Shown one piece after another: positions 42,395 to 52,287 of a stretch of DNA of 61,552 bases. The notes beneath the pieces were generated by a model. The model did not search any database and was not told the origin of the DNA. It saw nothing but the letters and a program-made list of their open reading frames with translations. The position numbers and the translations under genes are program-made. Source of the stretch: Rhizobium sp. (lineage in GTDB: Bacteria; Pseudomonadota; Alphaproteobacteria; Rhizobiales; Rhizobiaceae); contig JAHRYZ010000001.1 of the NCBI GenBank assembly GCA_020621905.1, positions 1 to 61,552 of the forward strand, read 5' to 3'. Numbering within the stretch: the stretch's first letter is position 1; every line of letters starts with the position of its first letter.

Positions 42395-43495
42395 TCAGGC
42401 CATTTTCGGATAGTTCGTGTAGCCGTCGGCTCCGCCGCCGTAGAAGGTCGCGCGGTCCGCCTCGTTGAGCGGCGCGTTTTCCTTCAGGCGCTGCACAAGG
42501 TCCGGATTGGCGATGAAGGCCTTGCCGAAGGAGACCATGTCGGCCCGGCCGGAGGCGACCGCATTAATCGCCATGGCACGGTCATAGCCGTTGTTGACCA
42601 TCCAGGCCGCCTTGCCGCCCTTGGCGCGATAGGCCGCCTTGAAGCCTGCCCAGTCGAAGGGAAGGTTGTCGCGCGGTCCGCCGGTGGCGCCTTCGATGAC
42701 GTGGATGAAGGCGAGATCATAGGCCGCAAGCTTTTCGGCCAGATGATTGAACAGGGGCTGCGGTTCGGGGTCCGAGACGTCGTTGGCGGGGGTGACTGGC
42801 GAGAGCCGGATGCCGGTGCGCTCCGCGCCGATTTCCTTGACGATCGCATCCACGACTTGGAGGGCGAAGCGCGTGCGGTTCTCGATCGAGCCGCCATAGG
42901 CGTCGGTGCGGGTATTGGAGTTCGAGCGCAGGAACTGGTCGATCAGGTAGCCGTTGGCGGCGTGGATCTCTATCGCGTCGAAACCGGCGTCGATCGCGGC
43001 GCGGGCGGCGCGGCGATAGTCCTCGACAATGCCCGGTATCTCGTCGAGCGTGAGGGCCCGCGGCTCGGAAGTCTCGACGAAGCCGCCGGTGCCGTCCTCG
43101 TGGACGATATAGGTCTTGGACTTGGCGCGGATGGCCGACGGGGCGACGGGCTGGCCGCCATTCGGCTGGAGCGAGGTATGCGACACGCGGCCGACATGCC
43201 AGATCTGGGCGGCGATGTGGCCGCCGGCAGCATGCACGGCGGACGTCACGCGCTTCCAGCCTTCGATCGACTCCGGGAGGTACAGGCCGGGCACCTGGGC
43301 ATAGCCCTGGCCCTGATGGCTGATTGGCGTCCCCTCCGAGATCAGCAGGCCGGCCGTGGCGCGCTGTTCGTAATAGGTGACGTTGAGATCGTTGGGGACG
43401 GCACCCGGCGAGCGATTGCGGGTCAGCGGTGCCATGGCAATGCGGTTTGAAAGGGAAATGTTTCCGATCTCGATCGGATCAAAGAGACTGGTCAT
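42395..43495 (-). CDS. nemA: Alkene reductase (Old Yellow Enzyme/NemA)
   Basis: MAPLTRNR, QIWHVGRVSH, EIHAANGYLIDQFL, YGGSIENR, FIANPDL. Confidence 0.9.
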   Translation of the reverse strand: MTSLFDPIEIGNISLSNRIAMAPLTRNRSPGAVPNDLNVTYYEQRATAGLLISEGTPISHQGQGYAQVPGLYLPESIEGWKRVTSAVHAAGGHIAAQIWHVGRVSHTSLQPNGGQPVAPSAIRAKSKTYIVHEDGTGGFVETSEPRALTLDEIPGIVEDYRRAARAAIDAGFDAIEIHAANGYLIDQFLRSNSNTRTDAYGGSIENRTRFALQVVDAIVKEIGAERTGIRLSPVTPANDVSDPEPQPLFNHLAEKLAAYDLAFIHVIEGATGGPRDNLPFDWAGFKAAYRAKGGKAAWMVNNGYDRAMAINAVASGRADMVSFGKAFIANPDLVQRLKENAPLNEADRATFYGGGADGYTNYPKMA

Positions 43496-43556
43496 GAAGA
43501 TCTCCAGAAAGGCCGGTGAATTGGGAGGAGGGCACCGGCTGGTCGAATCTGGGGCT

Positions 43557-43850
43557 TCAGAGCATCTTCTTCAAGGCTTCGAGGAAGGCGCTGATCGTGT
43601 CTTCGTTGCGGCGGTACAGAACCCATTGGCCGACGCGGGTCGAGGAGATCAGGCCCGCGCGCTGCAGGGTCGCGAGATGGGCGGAGACGGTCGACTGCGA
43701 CAGGCCGCAGCGTTCGAACTGGCCGGCGCTCACGCCCAGCGCCAGGGGCTGGAGCTGCGCGGAGAAATGGCGTTCCGGCTCCTTGAGCCAGTTCAGCATT
43801 TCGATGCGAGCAGGGTGTGCAAGCGCTTTGAGGGTATCATCGAGATTCAT
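43557..43850 (-). CDS. ArsR/SmtB-family regulator
   Basis: LKALAHPARIEML, GLSQSTVSAHLATLQRAGLI..RVGQW. Confidence 0.9.
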   Translation of the reverse strand: MNLDDTLKALAHPARIEMLNWLKEPERHFSAQLQPLALGVSAGQFERCGLSQSTVSAHLATLQRAGLISSTRVGQWVLYRRNEDTISAFLEALKKML

Positions 43851-44018
43851 CAGCAGTCGTCCGTATCGGTGTATGCCGTTTCACATATGGTAGGATTGGG
43901 GACCGTCAACTCACGGTCGCGTGAAAGAGCATGCAAAGATGTCCAATTTTGGGACATTCTGACGCGCAGGATTTCGCGGTGCTGCATCGGGCGGAAAGCG
44001 ACCATCCGTCATGTGCGC

Positions 44019-44136
44019 AAAAAAAGAGGGCCGCCGGATTGCTCCAGGGCCCTTTAATTATGAAGGTCAAAAACCTCCAGAGGGGAACAGCTGATGCGGT
44101 GGAACTGGGAGGAAAAAGCCACCATGTGCATCAACT
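44019..44136 (-). ncRNA. abcR1: AbcR-family (alpha-r15) Hfq-dependent sRNA, AbcR1-like
   Basis: AGUUGAUGCACAUGGUGG...UUCCUCCCAGUUCCACC GCAUCAGCU GUUCCCCUCUGGAGG...GGGCCC..GGCCCUCUUUUUUU: both anti-SD seeds (CUCCCA, GUUCCC) plus terminator, at the known position between lsrB and the ArsR gene. Confidence 0.88.
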
Positions 44137-44180
44137 GAGTGCGATATGGTGGTTTTTTGTGCAGTGAACAATGCTTTTTT

Positions 44181-44195
44181 ATGCATTGCTGGCAT
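44181..44195. promoter_or_regulatory. LysR-type T-N11-A box (putative LsrB site) upstream of abcR
   Basis: ATGC-N7-GCAT dyad about 45-60 nt upstream of the sRNA 5' end. Confidence 0.55.
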
Positions 44196-44237
44196 GCGCT
44201 GACCGCAGGCCTTAACCTTTGGCTCCGCAATCGGCCC

Positions 44238-45134
44238 CTAGAAGTTCCAATTGCGGGCCTTTGCCACGATGAAATCGCGGAAAGCCTTCAGTTTTGCTGC
44301 GTTCTTCATTTCGTCCGGGTAGCAGAAATAGGTGTCGAACGACGGCACGTCGGCACTGGTCACCAGCTGCAACAGACCCGGATCGCGGCCGACGATGTAG
44401 TCGGGCAGCATGGCGATGCCGATTCCCAGCAGAGCGGCGCGCTTGATCGAGGTCAGGCTGTTGATCTGCAGATGCGGCTGGCGCGGATTGTCCGACGTAC
44501 GCCCGGCCACTTCCAGCCAGTTTACGTCGAGCAGGTAGCCCGGTGCCGGTTCACCGAAGGTGATGATGCGATGGTTGTCGAGATCTTCGATCGACTGCGG
44601 CTCGCCGTAACGGTTGATGTAGGAGGGGGCCGCGTAGACGTGCATGTGCACGGTGAACAGCTTGCGCTGGATGAGGTCCGACTGCTGCGGCTGGCGAAGG
44701 CGGATGGCGCAGTCGGCATGGCGCATGTTGACGTCCAGCTCCTCGTTGTCGAGGATCAGCTGGATCGACATGTCGGGATAGAGCTGGAGGAATTCCTGGA
44801 TCTTGTCGGTGAGCCAGCCCTGGCCGAGGCCGACGGTCGTCGTGACGCGCAGCTTGCCGCTCGGCTTTTCCGTCGTCTCGGTCAGCTGCATCTTGACCGT
44901 TTCGAGCTTTAGCAGCACGTCATGGGCGGTGCGGTAGAGCAGCTCGCCCTGTTCGGTCAGGATCAGGCCGCGCGCATGGCGGTGGAACAGCTTGACGCCG
45001 ATCTCCTGCTCCAGCGCGCTGACCTGACGGCTGATGGCCGACTGGGACAAATGCAACCTGTCGGCCGCGTGGGTGAACGACCCCGCTTCCGCCGCCGCGT
45101 GAAAAATGCGCAGCTTGTCCCAATCCAAAGGCAT
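44238..45134 (-). CDS. lsrB: LysR-family regulator LsrB/VtlR
   Basis: MPLDWDKLRIFHAAAEAGSFTHAA...KARNWNF; downstream of trxB and upstream of abcR. Confidence 0.92.
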   Translation of the reverse strand: MPLDWDKLRIFHAAAEAGSFTHAADRLHLSQSAISRQVSALEQEIGVKLFHRHARGLILTEQGELLYRTAHDVLLKLETVKMQLTETTEKPSGKLRVTTTVGLGQGWLTDKIQEFLQLYPDMSIQLILDNEELDVNMRHADCAIRLRQPQQSDLIQRKLFTVHMHVYAAPSYINRYGEPQSIEDLDNHRIITFGEPAPGYLLDVNWLEVAGRTSDNPRQPHLQINSLTSIKRAALLGIGIAMLPDYIVGRDPGLLQLVTSADVPSFDTYFCYPDEMKNAAKLKAFRDFIVAKARNWNF

Positions 45135-45154
45135 GCCGCCCCCTCTCTTTATCG

Positions 45155-46129
45155 TTATTCCGCGGCTTCGGCCCGGACCGGCGCGGCTGACAGGAAGCGT
45201 TCGGCCTCGAGAGCTGCCATGCAGCCCATGCCGGCGGCGGTGATCGCCTGGCGATAGATGTCGTCGGTCACGTCACCCGCGGCAAAGACGCCCTCGATGT
45301 CGGTGGCGGTCGAATCCGGTGCGGTCCACAGATAGCCGTTGGCCTTGAGCTTCAACTTGCCCTTGAACAGTTCGACGGCCGGCGCATGGCCGATGGCGAC
45401 GAAGACGCCGTCGATCGGCATTTCGGTGACGGTACCGTTCTGGGTGTCGCGCAGCTTCACGCCGCTGACGGACGGCGGCATCGGCGGCTTGGCCGGGGCG
45501 CCGGTGATTTCGGCGACCTCGGTGTTCCACATCACGCGAATATTGTCCTTGGCGAACAGGCGTTCCTGCAGGATCTTTTCCGAGCGGAACGAATCGCGGC
45601 GGTGCACGACGGTCACCGACTTGGCGATGTGCGAGAGATAGAGCGCCTCTTCGACTGCTGAATTGCCCCCGCCGACGACGATGACGTCCTTGTTGCGATA
45701 GAAGAAGCCGTCGCAGGTGGCGCAGGCCGAGACGCCGAAGCCCTGGAAGTGCTGTTCGCTCTCGATGCCAAGCCACTTGGCCTTGGCGCCGGTGGCGATG
45801 ATCAGCGTGTCGGCGCTCCAGACTTGGCCGGAATCGGTCCTGGCGGTGAAGGGACGGTGCGACAGGTCGACCTCGGTCACCAGGTCGTTGACGATCTCGG
45901 CGCCGACATGCGTCGCCTGCTTCAGCATCTGTTCCATCAGCCATGGCCCCTGGATCGGATCGGCGAAGCCCGGATAGTTTTCCACGTCGGTGGTGATCAT
46001 CAGCTGGCCGCCCTGTTCCATGCCGGCAATCAGGACGGGCTTCAGCATTGCGCGGGCGGCGTATATCGCTGCGGTATATCCGGCCGGGCCGGAACCGATG
46101 ATCAGCACCTTGGTATGGCGGGCAGTCAT
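45155..46129 (-). CDS. trxB: Thioredoxin reductase
   Basis: GSGPAG, SACATCDGF, GGGNSAVEEA, AAGDV. Confidence 0.96.
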   Translation of the reverse strand: MTARHTKVLIIGSGPAGYTAAIYAARAMLKPVLIAGMEQGGQLMITTDVENYPGFADPIQGPWLMEQMLKQATHVGAEIVNDLVTEVDLSHRPFTARTDSGQVWSADTLIIATGAKAKWLGIESEQHFQGFGVSACATCDGFFYRNKDVIVVGGGNSAVEEALYLSHIAKSVTVVHRRDSFRSEKILQERLFAKDNIRVMWNTEVAEITGAPAKPPMPPSVSGVKLRDTQNGTVTEMPIDGVFVAIGHAPAVELFKGKLKLKANGYLWTAPDSTATDIEGVFAAGDVTDDIYRQAITAAGMGCMAALEAERFLSAAPVRAEAAE

Positions 46130-46359
46130 GGCTAGTCCTTTCAAAGCGTAGCAGAGGGAGGGGCGATATAAGGCCGCGCGACGCTTGTTTGTAGCCTCAT
46201 TTATGAATGGTCCATGCATTTATTCAAGGTCAGCTTTGCAATACCAACAAGGCAGTGGCGAAGCGCGGCAATTTTTGTGCTCGTCTCCGACAGATTCTTG
46301 CTTATTGGCGCGATTCAGCTAGATATCGGGATCATCATCCCATGAAAGGTCGATCCCTG

Positions 46360-46824
46360 GTGAGAGCCGAGCTGGACGCAATTGATCTGAAGATCCTGCG
46401 GGAACTGCAGCGCGACGGTCGAATGACCAATGTCGAGCTGTCCGAGCGCGTGGGCATTTCGGCGCCGCCCTGCCTCAGGCGCGTGCGCAAGCTGGAAGAG
46501 GCGGGCATCATCGAAGGCTATCACGCGATGCTCAATGCCCCGAAGCTGGGCTTTGACCTCGTCGCTTTCTGCATGATCGGCCTCAAGCATCAGTCGGAAA
46601 GCAATCTCAAGGCCTTTGCCGCGGCCACCGACGGCTGGCCGATGGTGCGCCAGGCCTGGATGGTGTCGGGCGACAGCGATTTCCTGCTGCATTGCGTGGC
46701 GGAGAACCTGACCAAGTTCCAGGACTTCGTCATCGAGGTGCTAACCGCCAACGAGCACGTCCACACGGTGCGCACCATGCTGACCATCCGCCAGGTCAAG
46801 AAGGCCGGTCTGGTGGAGATCTGA
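46360..46824 (+). CDS. lrp: Lrp/AsnC family regulator
   Basis: LDAIDLKILRELQRDGRMTNVELSERVGISAPPCLRRVRKLE; GTG start. Confidence 0.9.
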   Translation: MRAELDAIDLKILRELQRDGRMTNVELSERVGISAPPCLRRVRKLEEAGIIEGYHAMLNAPKLGFDLVAFCMIGLKHQSESNLKAFAAATDGWPMVRQAWMVSGDSDFLLHCVAENLTKFQDFVIEVLTANEHVHTVRTMLTIRQVKKAGLVEI

Positions 46825-46849
46825 GCGTCAGGCGCGCTGCGGGACCTAC

Positions 46850-47936
46850 TCAGCGGTGCAAGGAAAAGCGGTTGTCCATTTCGAGCAGTTGCTGGACCCA
46901 GACCTCTTCGGAGCCGAAGTCGTGGGGGTGTCGTCTCGCGCGTGTGCACGCCCGAAAGCGACAGGCCGCTGAAGAAATCGAAGCCATAGAGTTCGACGCT
47001 GCGGCAGTTGGATCGCACCAGAAGATCGATCACCATGGCACCGGTCGAGGGACGGCTGCCTAGTCGTTCGGCGAGCCGCTGGTTGCCGGCCTTGGTGTTC
47101 ATGAACACCTGCGGCCAGCGGAACAACCAGGATGGCAGGCGTTTCAATTTCGGTGACATCCAGAGAATGAGCCGGGCGCCGCGCTCGCGGGCCACGTCTT
47201 CCGGAATGTCGATGCTGGTGGCGATCCAGTCGGTACGCGTTCCATGCGAGCGGGTGGTGATGATCGGCGCGCGGTTGCAGCGGATGACGATGTCGTTTGC
47301 GTCGATCGCCATGCCATAGGTCTTTTCCCGAAGGCTGACCGCATTGCCGACCAGCGCGACGGACTTGCCGTTGAGCAGGTGCGACAGCAGTCGCTCGGAC
47401 ATGAAGCCGGCGCGCTTGACGCGAAAATGCTGCAGCAGCCGACCGGGCAGGGAGCGGATGCGGCTGGCGAGCTTCATCATCTTCAAGGCCTTGCCCAGGC
47501 GCTTTCGCACGGCCGGCCCGGGCGCCCAACTGAGGAATATCACCTCATGCGTCTCCACCTCCGGCAATCGGCTGACGTCTGGAAAATGCGCCGCCAGACG
47601 GTCGCGCCACCATTCCGGCCGTTCGATGATGCGGTTGACGTTGACCCCGGCCTCATCGAGTTTCAACGAGAAGATGGTCGATACGACGAAGATCTGGTGC
47701 GTACCGCCACGCTTCCGGCTCTCGATCAGGGCGTTGAGCACGGCTGGTTCCGCCTTTTCCAGCTCGTTTACCGAAACCACCAGAGTGGCTTCGGTCGGTG
47801 CGGGGCCGGCCGCAGGGTGCGCGATCGGTAGTGCTGCGATCTGCCGGGCGGCGATGCCTTCGCCGTGAAGCGTCAGGCGGGCGGCACCGAGTGAGTGGGC
47901 AAGGATGCCGGCAATCCTGGCATAGGCATTCTTCAT
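46850..47936 (-). CDS. GT29 (sialyltransferase-like) glycosyltransferase with extra N-terminal domain; +1 homopolymer indel near 46925
   Basis: VALVGNAVSL..YG.AIDANDIVIRCNRAP...HGTRT (sialylmotif L-like), PSTG.M...VELYGF (motif S-like); removing one C restores PHDFGSE (VS motif H-x4-E) and a TGA at 46850. Confidence 0.75.
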
Positions 47937-48966
47937 GGCTTTGCGGCTCCGGCGGTCTTGGACCTGGCAAGGGCGAGCAGGCTGTCGAACAGGTCGTCGG
48001 CCCCCTTGCGTGCTGCGGCAAGGCCGGTCGCGACGGTCTCGCGCTCCTGCGGGGTGAAGTCGAAGCGCTCGTTCGCTTCGATCCGGCGCCGGGCCTCATC
48101 GAGCGTGACGATGCGCTCGGCGCCGAGGCCGAAATCATGGAGCAGGGCGGCGATCTTCCAGGAATTCGATTCGAGCGCCAGGAAGGGCGTGCCGGTCGCA
48201 AGGCAGAGACAGACGGCGTGGAAGCGGCCACTAAGATGCAGGTAGCCGGACTGCAGGCTCTTGAGGAATCCGGCCTCGGAGGTGTTGAACTCGGTGTGCC
48301 GGTGGCGCCAGCCGAAGAGCGTGGCGTGCAGGTCGATATAGGCCTGGCGCAGCGCCCGCAGGGGCGGCGGATAGTGGGGCTTGGGCGGCTTGATCGAGGT
48401 GAGGATCGGCAGATAGCGCGCATCGTCTCGCTGGTCGGCAAAGGCCAGCAGCTGCCGGCCGACATCCCGATTGACGGAATCGCCGACCAGCAGCCGATCG
48501 CGCCGCGCCGTTCCGGGCGTCGCGATCGCTCCCTCGGTCAGCGAGAGATCGGGCACGAAGCCGACCTTCCGGCCAATCGCCTTTTCCACTTCGGCCGCAC
48601 TCCACGAATCGCGCGTCGAGATGAGGTCGATACGGGCAAGGCGCTCGTTCCAGGCCGGTGGATTGTCCTGATAGACCGCATTGATCAGCGCCACCGGCGT
48701 CGCGCCGCGGGCCGGGTGGGCGACCACGTCGAGCAGTCTCACACCCTGCTTGCTGCCGTGGTGCAGCGTGCCCTCGCCATTGATGACGATGGGTCGGCGG
48801 CGCGCATGGCGTTCGGGAAGCCTCGTCGCTTCAGTCGTTGCACCAGACTGGTCGCGGCGATCTCGATCCGCGGGCCTCGGTTCTGCTCGATGATCCGCAT
48901 CACCCGCATGCAGCCGAAGTGATTGTCGCCGCGGGTGTCGTTCAATATGACGGCTTTGAGTGGCAA
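47933..48966 (-). CDS. Polysaccharide pyruvyl transferase family (frameshifted ~48790-48890)
   Basis: LNDTRGDNHFGC, INGEGTLHHG, STRDSWS, VPDLS, SGRFHAVC, SNSWKI. Confidence 0.75.
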
Positions 48967-49120
48967 GGGATCGATCTTTCGCGTATGCCGGAATGGCCGT
49001 CTCTGGCAGGCCATGCTTGGATTGGCGAGCATTTAGGCCGAGAGGCGCGGCACAATCAAGTTTCTTGGCAGGGCGCTGATGCGTGACTGTCCGGTGCGGT
49101 CCGGGAAGGAGAGAACGGCG

Positions 49121-50050
49121 TTGAAACTGAAATCGGAGCGCCCGCTCAAGCGTTCGATCGTCAAGCTCGCTGCGACCGTCTTCCTCGGCAAGGCCTGGGC
49201 GCATGCGCAAAACTGGCTTCCGGGGCTGGAACTACGCCTCCCCACGACGCCGCTGGGCGAGGGGGCAATCCTGTACAAGGGCGAGCGGTTCGCTGCGCTT
49301 CATCATGCCGATCTGCTGCGCAAGACTGCGCATGAGACCATTCATATCGTCGGTTCGGGACCTTCGATCGCGGGCGTCGATTTTTCGAGGGTTGCACCCC
49401 ATGAGGTGATCCTGCTCAACGGCGCCATCAACCTGATCGGGACGCGCATCGGTGCGCCCCTGGCGGTCGCCATCGAGGACGAGCGCTTCATCTGGCGGCA
49501 TTTTCCGCTGATGCGCGAGAAGATCAATGCCGGGACGACCTGCCTCCTGTCAGTGGGTGTCATTCGGGCAATCTGCGAGACGGATCGGGGCTGGCTCGCC
49601 GACAAACGGGTCATTCTGATCGACGATGTCCGCAAGCCCTATCGGGTGCGGCGGCGTTCGGACGAAGACCTCAAGCGCCTGGACTTTGCCGTACTCGCGG
49701 ACAATGGCGCCGGGTTTTCGCGCGATCCGTCGCGGGGCGTGTTCCAGGGCGGCTCGGTCGCCGTGTCGGCGCTGCAGTTCGCCGCCTTTTGCCGGCCGGC
49801 CATCATCGGCCTGTTCGGCATCGACATTTCGAATGCCGGCGAGCCGCGTTTCTACGAGAAGGCCGGCGATACGGCAGGGTCGGGCATTGCCGGAGCGGCG
49901 GGGCGCATCGTCGCGCATTTCGCGCTCGCACGCCGGGTCTGCGCCGCGGATCGCATTGAGATCCTGAATTTCTCGCCGGTCTCCGCCCTGATCGGCGCGG
50001 GTTTCCCTTATGATCCGCGCTTCGCCTCAGCAAAGGCCGCGACCGCCTGA
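49121..50050 (+). CDS. Glycosyltransferase, LpcB/WaaZ-like (putative CMP-Kdo:LPS Kdo transferase)
   Basis: IHIVGSGPSI, ILLNGAI, AIEDERF, GGSVAVSALQFA, GLFGIDI..A.EPRFYE; located in the LPS core locus; family assignment from recall. Confidence 0.6.
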   Translation: MKLKSERPLKRSIVKLAATVFLGKAWAHAQNWLPGLELRLPTTPLGEGAILYKGERFAALHHADLLRKTAHETIHIVGSGPSIAGVDFSRVAPHEVILLNGAINLIGTRIGAPLAVAIEDERFIWRHFPLMREKINAGTTCLLSVGVIRAICETDRGWLADKRVILIDDVRKPYRVRRRSDEDLKRLDFAVLADNGAGFSRDPSRGVFQGGSVAVSALQFAAFCRPAIIGLFGIDISNAGEPRFYEKAGDTAGSGIAGAAGRIVAHFALARRVCAADRIEILNFSPVSALIGAGFPYDPRFASAKAATA

Positions 50051-51201
50051 CCGTGCCGATCCGTGCCGGCCAGGCGGGCGGCGATCATGCCAGGCAAGCG
50101 GGGATCGGGGTTCTTCAGCTCGCCCTGGAGCAGGAAGACGTTCTGGATATAGCGGATGACCCGTTCACGCAGGTCCGCGTCGGGTGACCAGCTGTCGAGC
50201 AAGCGGAAGGCGGTGAGCAGGTCCGCGGCATTGCCGGCCTTCAGCACCAGTCCCTCGATGTCATAGGGCGCGAGGCCGAGGGTGATGACCTTCTTCTCCA
50301 GCAGCACCGATTCGAGACCGACGGTCGAGTTGACCGTGATCACCGCGTCGGCGCCCTCGATCAGCGCCTGCGTGTCGTGGTGGTTGGCGAAGTGGATGCG
50401 CGGATGCGGCGTGACCTCGGCGCGGATCGACAGCGGAAAGCTCGGATGCTCCTTGATGACGAATTGGCTTTGGCCTTCCGCCTCGGCGAGCCGGAAAATC
50501 TCGTCATAGAGGTGGCGCATGTCGCGGATCCACGGCGACAGCGCCAGGATCTGCATGTCGCTCGGAACCTGGAAGGGAACGAAGACATAGCGGCCGGGCA
50601 GGGCGGCCGGGCCGTCGTCCTTCAGCTTGGACGCACGCTTGACCAGTGCGGTCGGTTTGTCGCCCAGTTCCGCGGGGCTGAAGGCACGATAGAAGTCGGG
50701 ATCGCGCGGCAGCGAACTCTGGTGGTTGATGCCGTGCGGGTCGCATTGCAGCGTGGCGGGAAAGAATCCCTTCTCCAGGAAGACCATGCGACGTTTCTCG
50801 CGGGTTGCCACGGCGGCCAGGATCGAGTCCGGCATCAGATAACCGTTGAACACGACGACGCTGGCCTGCGGGTCTTCCTCGAGCCGCGCCTCGAAGGCGG
50901 CGGCGATCAGGCGGCACTGAATGCGCGTTCCCTTGCGATAGATCCAGGCGACCAGCGGATTGGAAAACACCGCGCGGAAACGGATCTGCCGGCGCTTCAG
51001 GTTGCGCTCGGCCAGTTCGTCGAGCACCGGCCCGCCATTGACGAGGACCGTGCGCAGCAGGCCGGAAAAGCCCTTGCGTTTCAGGACGATCTTGACGGCG
51101 CTCTTGAGGTCGGACGGCAATGCGGCGACACGGTCCTGGAAGCGCGCGACGAAGCCGCGTACGTGGCTGGTCCGGCAGACGATGAAATCCCTGTTGCCCA
51201 T
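50008..51201 (-). CDS. KpsS/LipB-like capsule-synthesis family protein (putative beta-Kdo transferase)
   Basis: FLEKGFFP.TLQCDPHGIN..SSLPR, FVPFQVPSD.QI, IKEHP, TVNSTVGLE, TLGLAPY. Confidence 0.8.
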   Translation of the reverse strand: MGNRDFIVCRTSHVRGFVARFQDRVAALPSDLKSAVKIVLKRKGFSGLLRTVLVNGGPVLDELAERNLKRRQIRFRAVFSNPLVAWIYRKGTRIQCRLIAAAFEARLEEDPQASVVVFNGYLMPDSILAAVATREKRRMVFLEKGFFPATLQCDPHGINHQSSLPRDPDFYRAFSPAELGDKPTALVKRASKLKDDGPAALPGRYVFVPFQVPSDMQILALSPWIRDMRHLYDEIFRLAEAEGQSQFVIKEHPSFPLSIRAEVTPHPRIHFANHHDTQALIEGADAVITVNSTVGLESVLLEKKVITLGLAPYDIEGLVLKAGNAADLLTAFRLLDSWSPDADLRERVIRYIQNVFLLQGELKNPDPRLPGMIAARLAGTDRHGQAVAAFAEAKRGS

Positions 51202-51212
51202 GGCGCGGTCCG

Positions 51213-52265
51213 TCAGTTCTCGAGGAGAAGCCGGTTATAGACCATCTCCAGCGCCGTCGCTTCCCGCACCAGGGCGAAATTCTCGACCACATGGGCGCGT
51301 CCGCGCCGGCCGGCCTCAATCGCCTCGTTCGGGTCGGCGAGATAGCCGGCGATCGCGTCGCGCAGGCGCTCGTATTCGCCGGCGGGCACGACCTTGCCCG
51401 TTTCACCTTCGGCGATCAGTTCGGCATAGGCGCCGGCATCGCTGGCGACGGACGCGGTGGAGGATGCCATCGCTTCGAGCGGGGTGAGGCCGAAGCCTTC
51501 GTTGCGCGAGGGTGCGACATAGAGGGTGAGCCGCCGGTACCAGGGCCTGATGTCATCCACCTCGCCGAGAAAGACGATGCGCGACGACAGGCCGGCAGCC
51601 GCGATCTCGGCCTTCAGCTGGTCGGCGAAAGCCTTGTTGTCCGGCGTCACGCGTCCGCTGATCACGGCCGTCCAGTCGGGATAGCGCGGCAGGAGCTCGA
51701 TCATGGCGTGCACGAAGAGGTCCGTGCCCTTCTGGTGGCGCACGCGGCCGAAACAGCCGACCAGATATAGTCCGGGAAGGCCGGTTGCGGCGATCGTGTC
51801 GTCGGCACCGTCTCCCGGATGGAAGCGGTCGATGTCGACGCCGTGCCGGATCACCGTATGCGGCACTTCGAGGAACGAGCCTGAGCGGGCGCTCGTGGCG
51901 ACCACGGCATCCATCTTCGCGATCAGCCAGCGGGTATAGGCGGTGTGGCGACGCTGGGCGGCCGAGGTGAACAGCAGCTTCAGCGGCATGCGCAGGACGT
52001 CGCGCAGCAAAAGGCCGAACAACATCTCGTTGTTGCGGCGGGCGTGCCAGACGCGGTGGCGGGCGGATTTCGGCCGGGGCCAGAGCGCCGGCAATTGCCA
52101 CCACGCCATGCGCGGCAGGTCGTCCGGCAGGCCGGGGCCGAGCGTGACGATGCCACGCCCGAGCCGTCGCTGTTCGGGGATGAGCTGGACGACGGTCGAA
52201 GTCACGCCGGAGAGGCGCCGCTTGAAATGCGGCGCGATCACCGTGATGTCGTGGAGGGGAGGCAA
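51213..52265 (-). CDS. lpsB: LPS core GT4 glycosyltransferase LpsB/LpcC
   Basis: IAPHFKRRLSGVTST, WHARRNNEM, GRVRHQKG, NEGFGLTPLEAMAS; immediately downstream of greA; probable TTG start. Confidence 0.88.
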   Translation of the reverse strand: MPPLHDITVIAPHFKRRLSGVTSTVVQLIPEQRRLGRGIVTLGPGLPDDLPRMAWWQLPALWPRPKSARHRVWHARRNNEMLFGLLLRDVLRMPLKLLFTSAAQRRHTAYTRWLIAKMDAVVATSARSGSFLEVPHTVIRHGVDIDRFHPGDGADDTIAATGLPGLYLVGCFGRVRHQKGTDLFVHAMIELLPRYPDWTAVISGRVTPDNKAFADQLKAEIAAAGLSSRIVFLGEVDDIRPWYRRLTLYVAPSRNEGFGLTPLEAMASSTASVASDAGAYAELIAEGETGKVVPAGEYERLRDAIAGYLADPNEAIEAGRRGRAHVVENFALVREATALEMVYNRLLLEN

Positions 52266-52287
52266 GGGGGAAGCCTTCCGGGCGGGA

